From NCBI GenBank assembly GCA_964016885.1, contig OZ024741.1, positions 403,310,001 to 403,374,000 on the forward strand: a stretch of 64,000 nt of DNA, written 5' to 3'. The translations under genes were made by a program, and so were the position numbers. Shown here in pieces: positions 55,480-64,000 of this stretch (its first letter is position 1; the number at the start of each line of letters is the position of its first letter). The notes under the pieces are model-generated. The model was not told where the DNA came from and ran no database searches. It saw nothing but the letters and a program-made list of their open reading frames with translations. This DNA is from Eledone cirrhosa. Lineage: Eukaryota.

Positions 55480-57650
55480 CTTTAACCAAGGTAGGGATTT
55501 CTATCTTTAACCCAGGTAGTGACTACTATCTTTAACCCAGGTAGTGACTACTATCTTTAACCCAGGTAGTGACTACTACCTTTAACCCAGGTAGTGACTA
55601 CTATCTTTAACCCAGGTAGGGACTACTATCTTTAACCCAGGTAGGGACTACTATCTTTAACCAAGGTAGGGATTTCTATCTTTAACCCACGTAGTGACTA
55701 CTATCTTTAACCCAGATAGTGACTACTATCTTTAACCCAGGTAGTGACTACTACCTTTAACCCAGGTAGTGACTACTATCTTTAACCCAGGTAGGGACTA
55801 CTATCTTTAACCCAGGTAGGGACTACTATCTTTAACCCAGGTAGGGACTACTATCTTTAACCCAGGTAGTGACTACTATCTTTAACCCAGGTATCGACTA
55901 CTATCTTTAACCCAGGTAGGGACTACTATCTTTAACCCAGGTAGGGACTACTATCTTTAACCCAGGTAGTGACTACTATCTTTAACCCAGGTAGGGACTA
56001 CTATCTTTAACCCAGGTAGGGACTACTATCTTTAACCCAGGTATCGACTACTATCTTTAACCCAGGTAGGGACTACTATCTTTAACCCAGGTAGGGACTA
56101 CTATCTTTAACCCAGGTAGGGACTACTATCTTTAACCCAGGTAGGGACTACTATCTTTAACCAAGGTAGGGATTTCTATCTTTAACCCAGGTAGTGACTA
56201 CTATCTTTAACCCAGGTAGTGACTACTATCTTTAACCCAGGTAGTGACTACTACCTTTAACCCAGTTAGTGACTACTATCTTTAACCCAGGTAGGGACTA
56301 CTATCTTTAACCCAGGTAGGGACTACTATCTTTAACCAAGGTAGGGATTTCTATCTTTAACCCAGGTAGTGACTACTATCTTTAACCCAGATAGTGACTA
56401 CTATCGTTAACCCAGGTAGTGACTACTACCTTTAACCCAGGTAGTGACTACTATCTTTAACCCAGGTAGTGACTACTATCTTTAACCCAGGTATCGACTA
56501 CTATCTTTAACCCAGGTAGGGACTACTATCTTTAACCCAGGTAGGGACTACTATCTTTAACCCAGGTAGTGACTACTACCTTTAACCCAGGTAGGGACTA
56601 CTATCTTTAACCCAGGTAGGGACTACTATCTTTAACCCAGGTATCGACTACTATCTTTAACCCAGGTAGTGACTACTATCTTTAACCCAAGTAGTGACTA
56701 CTATCTTTAACCCAGGTAGTGACTACTATCTTTAACCCAGGTAGTGACTACTATCTTTAACCCAGGTAGTGACTACTACCTTTAACCCAGGTAGTGACTA
56801 CTATCTTTAACCCAGGTAGGGACTACTATCTTTAACCCAGGTAGGGACTACTATCTTTAACCAAGGTAGGGATTTCTATCTTTAACCCAGGTAGTGACTA
56901 CTATCTTTAACCCAGATAGTGACTACTATCTTTAACCCAGGTAGTGACTACTACCTTTAACCCAGGTAGTGACTACTATCTTTAACCCAGGTAGGGACTA
57001 CTATCTTTAACCCAGGTAGGGACTACTATCTTTAACCCAGGTAGGGACTACTATCTTTAACCCAGGTAGTGACTACTATCTTTAACCCAGGTATCGACTA
57101 CTATCTTTAACCCAGGTAGGGACTACTATCTTTAACCCAGGTAGGGACTACTATCTTTAACCCAGGTAGTGACTACTATCTTTAACCCAGGTAGGGACTA
57201 CTATCTTTAACCCAGGTAGGGACTACTATCTTTAACCCAGGTATCGACTACTATCTTTAACCCAGGTAGGGACTACTATCTTTAACCCAGGTAGGGACTA
57301 CTATCTTTAACCCAGGTAGGGACTACTATCTTTAACCCAGGTAGGGACTACTATCTTTAACCAAGGTAGGGATTTCTATCTTTAACCCAGGTAGTGACTA
57401 CTATCTTTAACCCAGGTAGTGACTACTATCTTTAACCCAGGTAGTGACTACTACCTTTAACCCAGGTAGTGACTACTATCTTTAACCCAGGTAGGGACTA
57501 CTATCTTTAACCCAGGTAGGGACTACTATCTTTAACCAAGGTAGGGATTTCTATCTTTAACCCAGGTAGTGACTACTATCTTTAACCCAGATAGTGACTA
57601 CTATCTTTAACCCAGGTAGTGACTACTACCTTTAACCCAGGTAGTGACTA
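55480..57650. repeat. Higher-order repeat marked by CCAAGGTAGGGATTTC (175/500-bp spacing; 675- and 1200-bp periods)
   Basis: Marker at about 55498, 55673, 56173, 56348, 56873, 57373 and 57548, and again at 63322, 63822 and 63997. Confidence 0.8.
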
Positions 57651-60600
57651 CTATCTTTAACCCAGGTAGGGACTACTATCTTTAACCCAGGTAGGGTCTA
57701 CTATCTTTAACCCAGGTAGGGACTACTATCTTTAACCCAGGTAGTGACTACTATCTTTAACCCAGGTATCGACTACTATCTTTAACCCAGGTAGGGACTA
57801 CTATCTTTAACCCAGGTAGGGACTACTATCTTTAACCCAGGTAGTTACTACTATCTTTAACCCAGGTAGGGACTACTATCTTTAACCCAGGTAGGGACTA
57901 CTATCTTTAACCCAGGTATCGACTACTATCTTTAACCCAGGTAGTGACTACTATCTTTAACCCAAGTAGTGACTACTATCTTTAACCCAGGTAGTGACTA
58001 CTATCTTTAACCCAGGTAGGGACTACTATCTTTAACCCAGGTAGGGACTACTATCTTTAACCCAGGCAGGGACTACTATCTTTAACCCAGGTAGTGACTA
58101 CTATCTTTAACCCAGGTAGGGACTACTATCTTTAACCCAGGTAGGGACTACCATCTTTAACCCAGGTAGGGACTACTATCTTTAACCCTGGTAGTGACTA
58201 CTATCTTTAACCCAGGTAGGGACTACTATCTTTAACCCAGGTAGGGACTACTATCTTTAACCCAGGTAGGGACTACTATCTTTAACCCTGGTAGTGACTA
58301 CTATCTTTAACCCTGGTAGTGACTACTATCTTTAACCCTGGTAGTGACTTCTAACTTTAACCCAGGTAGGGACTACTATCTTTAACCCAGGTAGGGACTA
58401 CTATCTTTAACCCAGGTAGGGACTACTATCTTTAACCCAAGTAGTGACTATTATCTTTAACCCAGGTAGGGACTACTATCTTTAACCCAGGAAGGGACTA
58501 CTATCTTTAACCCAGGTAGTGACTACTATCTTTAACCCAGGTAGGGACTACTATCTTTAATCCAGGTAGGGACTAATATCTTTAACCCAGGTAGTGACTA
58601 CTATATTTAACCCAGGTAGGGACTACTATCTTTAACCCAAGTAGTGGCTACTACCTTTAACCCAGGTAGTGGCTACTATCTTTAACCCAAGTAGTGACTA
58701 CTATCTTTAACCCAGGTAGTGACTACTATCTTTAACCCAGGTAGGGACTACTATCTTTAACCCAGGTAGTGACTACTATCTTTAACCCAGGTAGGGACTA
58801 ATACCTTTAACCCAGGTAGTGACTACTACCTTTAACCCAGGTAGTGACTACTACCTTTAACCCAGGTATCGACTACTATCTTTAACCCAGGTAGGGACTA
58901 CTACCTTTAACCCAGGTAGGGACTACTACCTTTAACCCAGGTAGGGACTACTATCTTTAACCCAGGTAGGGACTACTATCTTTAACCCAGGTAGGGACTA
59001 CTATCTTTAACCCAGGTATCGACTACTATCTTTAACCCAGGTAGTGACTACTATCTTTAACCCAGGTATCGACTACTATCTTTAACCCAGGTAGGGACTA
59101 CTATCTTTAACCCAGGTAAGGACTACTACCTTTAACCCAGGTAGTGACTACTATCTTTAACCCAGGTATCGACTACTATCTTTAACCCAAGTAGTGACTA
59201 CTATCTTTAACCCAGGTATCGACTACTATCTTTAACCCAGGTAGGGACTACTATCTTTAACCCAGGTAGGGACTACTATCTTTAACCCAGGTAGGGACTA
59301 CTATCTTTAACCCAGGTAGGGACTACTATCTTTAACCCAGGTAGGGATTACTACCTTTAACCCAGGTAGGGACTACTATCTTTAACCCAGGTAGGGACTA
59401 CTATCTTTAACCCAGGTAGGGACTACTACCTTTAACCCAGGTAGGGACTACTATCTTTAACCCAGGTAGGGACTACTACCTTTAACCCAGGTAGGGACTA
59501 CTATCTTTAACCCAGGTAGTGACTACTACCTTTAACCCAGGTAGGGACTACTATCTTTAACCCAGGTAGTGACTACTATCTTTAACCCAGGTAGTGACTA
59601 CTAACTTTAACCCAGGTAGTGACTACTATCTTTAACCCAGGTAGTGACTACTATCTTTAACCCAGGTAGGGACTACTATCTTTAACCCAGGTAGTGACTA
59701 CTATCTTTAACCCAGGTAGTGACTACTATCTTTAACCCAGGTAGGGACTACTATCTTTAACCCAGGTAGTGACTACTATCTTTAACCCAGGTAGTGACTA
59801 CTATCTTTAACCCAGGTAGGGACTACTATCTTTAACCCAGGTAGTGACTACTATCTTTAACCCAGGTAGTGACTACTATCTTTAACCCAGGTAGGGACTA
59901 CTATCTTTAACCCAGGTAGTGACTACTATCTTTAACCCAGGTAGGGACTACTATCTTTAACCCAGGTAGGGACTACTATCTTTAACCCAGGTAGGGACTA
60001 CTACCTTTAACCCAGGTAGGGACTACTATCTTTAACCCAGGTAGTGACTACTATCTTTAACCCAGGTAGTGACTACTATCTTTAACCCAGGTAGTGACTA
60101 CTATCTTTAACCCAGGTAGTGACTACTATCTTTAACCCAGGTAGTGACTACTATCTTTAACCCAGATATTGACTACTACCTTTAACCCAGGTAGTGGCTA
60201 CTATCTTTAACCCAGGTAGTGACTACTATATTTCACCCAGGTAGGGACTACTATCTTTAACCCAGGTAGTGGCTACTATCTTTAACCCAGGTAGGGACTA
60301 CTATCTTTAACCCAGGTAGTGGCTACTATCTTTAACCCAGGTAGTGACTACTATCTTTAACCCAGGTAGGGACTACTACCTTTAACCCAGGTAGTGACTA
60401 CTATATTTCACCCAGGTAGGGACTACTATCTTTAACCAAGGTAGTGACTACTATCTTTAACCCAGGTAGTGACTACTATCTTTAACCCAGGGTAGTGACT
60501 ACTATCTTTAACCCAGGTAGTGGCTACTATCTTTAACCCAGGTAGTGACTACTATATTTCACCCAGGTAGTGACTTCTATCTTTAACCCAGGTAGTGACT

Positions 60601-63600
60601 ACTATCTTTAACCCAGGTAGTGACTACTATCTTTAACCCAGGTAGTGACTACTATCTTTAACCCAGGTAGTGACTACTATCTTTAACCCAGGTAGTGACT
60701 ACTATCTTTAACCCAGGTAGGGACTACTATCTTTAACCCAGGTAGTGACTACTATCTTTAACCCAGGTAGTGACTACTATCTTTAACCCAGGTAGGGACT
60801 ACTATCTTTAACCCAGGTAGTGACTACTATCTTTAACCCAGGTAGTGACTACTATCTTTAACCCAGGTAGGGACTACTATCTTTAACCCAGGTAGTGACT
60901 ACTATCTTTAACCCAGGTAGTGACTACTATCTTTAACCCAGGTAGGGACTACTATCTTTAACCCAGGTAGTGACTACTATCTTTAACCCAGGTAGGGACT
61001 ACTATCTTTAACCCAGGTAGGGACTACTATCTTTAACCCAGGTAGGGACTACTACCTTTAACCCAGGTAGGGACTACTATCTTTAACCCAGGTAGTGACT
61101 ACTATCTTTAACCCAGGTAGTGACTACTATCTTTAACCCAGGTAGTGACTACTATCTTTAACCCAGGTAGTGACTACTATCTTTAACCCAGGTAGTGACT
61201 ACTATCTTTAACCCAGGTAGTGACTACTATCTTTAACCCAGATAGTGACTACTACCTTTAACCCAGGTAGTGGCTACTATCTTTAACCCAGGTAGTGACT
61301 ACTATATTTCACCCAGGTAGGGACTACTATCTTTAACCCAGGTAGTGGCTACTATCTTTAACCCAGGTAGGGACTACTATCTTTAACCCAGGTAGTGACT
61401 ACTATCTTTAACCCAGGTAGTGACTACTATCTTTAACCCAGGTAGGGACTACTACCTTTAACCCAGGTAGTGACTACTATATTTCACCCAGGTAGGGACT
61501 ACTATCTTTAACCAAGGTAGTGACTACTATCTTTAACCCAGGTAGTGACTACTATCTTTAACCCAGGGTAGTGACTACTATCTTTAACCCAGGTAGTGGC
61601 TACTATCTTTAACCCAGGTAGTGACTACTATATTTCACCCAGGTAGTGACTTCTATCTTTAACCCAGGTAGTGACTACTATCTTTAACCCAGGTAGGGAC
61701 TACTATCTTTAACCCAAGTAGGGACTACTATCTTTAACCCAGGTAGTGACTACTATCTTTAACCCAAGTAGGGACTACTATCTTTAACCCAGGTAGGGAC
61801 TACTACCTTTAACCCAGGTAGGGACTACTATCTTTAACCCAGGTAGGGACTACTATCTTTAATCCAGGTAGGGACTACTATCTTTAACCCAGGTAGGGAC
61901 TACTATCTTTAACCCAGGTAGGGACTTCTATCTTTAACCCAGGTAGGGACTATCTTTAACCCAGGTAGTGACTACTATCTTTAACCCAGGTAGTGACTAC
62001 TATCTTTAACCCAGGTAGGGACTATTATCTTTAACCCAGGTAGGGACTACTATCTTTAACCCAGGTAGTGACTACTATCTTTAACCCAGGTAGTGACTAC
62101 TATCTTTAACCCAGGTAGGGACTACTATCTTTAACCCAGGTAATGACTACTATCTTTAACCCAGGTAGGGACTACTATCTTTAACCCAGGTAGGGACTAC
62201 TATCTTTAACCCAGGTAGGGACTACTATCTTTAACCCAGGTAGGGACTACTATCTTTAACCCAGGTAGGGACTACTATCTTTAACCCAGGTAGGGACTAC
62301 TATCTTTAACCCAGGTAGGGACTACTATCTTTAACCCAGGTAGGGACTACTACCTTTAACCCAGGTAGGGACTACTATCTTTAACCCAAGTAGGGACTAC
62401 TATCTTTAACCCAGGTAGGGACTACTACCTTTAACCCAGGTAGGGACTTCTATCTTTAACCCAGGTAGTGACTACTATCTTTAACCCTGGTAGTGACTAT
62501 TATCTTTAACCCAGGTAGGGACTACTATCTTTAACCCTGGTAGTGACTATTATCTTTAACCCAGGTAGGGACTACTATCTTTAACCCAGGTAGTGACTAC
62601 TATGTTTAACCCAGGTAGTGACTACTATCTTTAACCCTGGTAGTGACTATTATCTTTAACCCAGGTAGGGACTACTATCTTTAACCCAGGTAGGGACTAC
62701 TATCTTTAACCCAAGTAGGGACTACTATCTTTAACCCAGGTAGGGACTACTACCTTTAACCCAGGTAGTGACTACTATCTTTAACCCAGGTAGGGACTAC
62801 TATCTTTAACCCAGGTAGTGACTACTATCTTTAACCCAGGTAGTGACTACTATCTTTAACCCAGGTAGGGACTACTATCTTTAACCCAGGTAGGGACTAC
62901 TATCTTTAACCCAGGTATCGACTACTATCTTTAACCCAGGTAGTGACTACTATCTTTAACCCAAGTAGTGACTACTATCTTTAACCCAGGTAGTGACTAC
63001 TATCTTTAACCCAGGTAGTGACTACTATCTTTAACCCAGGTAGTGACTACTACCTTTAACCCAGGTAGGGACTACTATCTTTAACCCAGGTATCGACTAC
63101 TATCTTTAACCCAGGTAGTGACTACTATCTTTAACCCAAGTAGTGACTACTATCTTTAACCCAGGTAGTGACTACTATCTTTAACCCAGGTAGTGACTAC
63201 TATCTTTAACCCAGGTAGTGACTACTACCTTTAACCCAGGTAGTGACTACTATCTTTAACCCAGGTAGGGACTACTATCTTTAACCCAGGTAGGGACTAC
63301 TATCTTTAACCAAGGTAGGGATTTCTATCTTTAACCCAGGTAGTGACTACTATATTTAACCCAGATAGTGACTACTATCTTTAACCCAGGTAGTGACTAC
63401 TACCTTTAACCCAGGTAGTGACTACTATCTTTAACCCAGGTAGGGACTACTATCTTTAACCCAGGTAGGGACTACTATCTTTAACCCAGGTAGGGACTAC
63501 TATCTTTAACCCAGGTAGTGACTACTATCTTTAACCCAGGTATCGACTACTATCTTTAACCCAGGTAGGGACTACTATCTTTAACCCAGGTAGGGACTAC

Positions 63601-64000
63601 TATCTTTAACCCAGGTAGTGACTACTATCTTTAACCCAGGTAGGGACTACTATCTTTAACCCAGGTAGGGACTACTATCTTTAACCCAGGTATCGACTAC
63701 TATCTTTAACCCAGGTAGGGACTACTATCTTTAACCCAGGTAGGGACTACTATCTTTAACCCAGGTAGGGACTACTATCTTTAACCCAGGTAGGGACTAC
63801 TATCTTTAACCAAGGTAGGGATTTCTATCTTTAACCCAGGTAGTGACTACTATCTTTAACCCAGGTAGTGACTACTATCTTTAACCCAGGTAGTGACTAC
63901 TACCTTTAACCCAGGTAGTGACTACTATCTTTAACCCAGGTAGGGACTACTATCTTTAACCCAGGTAGGGACTACTATCTTTAACCAAGGTAGGGATTTC

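Larger units (their letters stand above)
21291..64000. repeat. 25-bp tandem satellite array, right arm (runs off the window end), same orientation and consensus as the left arm
   Basis: Continuous head-to-tail monomers. Additional regional variants include GTATCGAC, TATATTTCACCC, 26-bp CCCAGGG, TAAAACAGGG and CCAAGGTAGGGATTTC. Confidence 0.99.

Noticed and set aside
1-64000. CRISPR array (repeat length 25 bp, partly palindromic)
   Set aside because: Repeats are directly adjacent with no unique spacers, and there are no cas genes or leader.
1-64000. Protein-coding tandem repeat
   Set aside because: The unit length is not a multiple of 3, and TAA/TAG occur in every unit on both strands, closing all six frames within about 75 nt.
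1-64000. Telomerase-synthesised long telomere repeat (like the 25-bp yeast repeats)
   Set aside because: Rare variants are propagated in multi-kb duplicated blocks, which indicates recombinational amplification. There is no strongly G-rich strand and no chromosome end is visible.
1-64000. Similarity to piggyBac ends (TTAA-CCC on +, AAAGATAGT on -)
   Set aside because: The two short matches are on opposite strands, and there is no paired inverted terminus or transposase. It cannot be distinguished from chance.

Overview
About 99% of this window is one uninterrupted-orientation tandem array (satellite/minisatellite DNA) of a 25-bp monomer, consensus GACTACTATCTTTAACCCAGGTAG(T/G), roughly 2,550 copies (estimated from length), with 22-bp and 26-bp indel variants and many diagnostic point variants that reveal nested higher-order repeats and kb-scale duplications. 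The only non-satellite DNA is a 459-bp insert at 20832-21290. It has the hallmarks of a 5'-truncated non-LTR retrotransposon inserted by target-primed reverse transcription: a startless 64-aa reading frame resembling the C-terminus of Tx1/L1-clade ORF2 (missed by the supplied ORF track), a structured 264-nt 3' UTR, AATAAA with a short A-rich end, and a 12-bp target-site duplication (TATCTTTAACCC). A paralogous empty site at about 16644 in the same array confirms the TSD. The monomer itself is an imperfect hairpin whose loop is the telomere-like TTAACCC. The window is eukaryotic heterochromatin-type DNA, not a CRISPR array, and contains no intact genes. The supplied 61-aa ORF is spurious. All positions and counts were read by eye, not computed.
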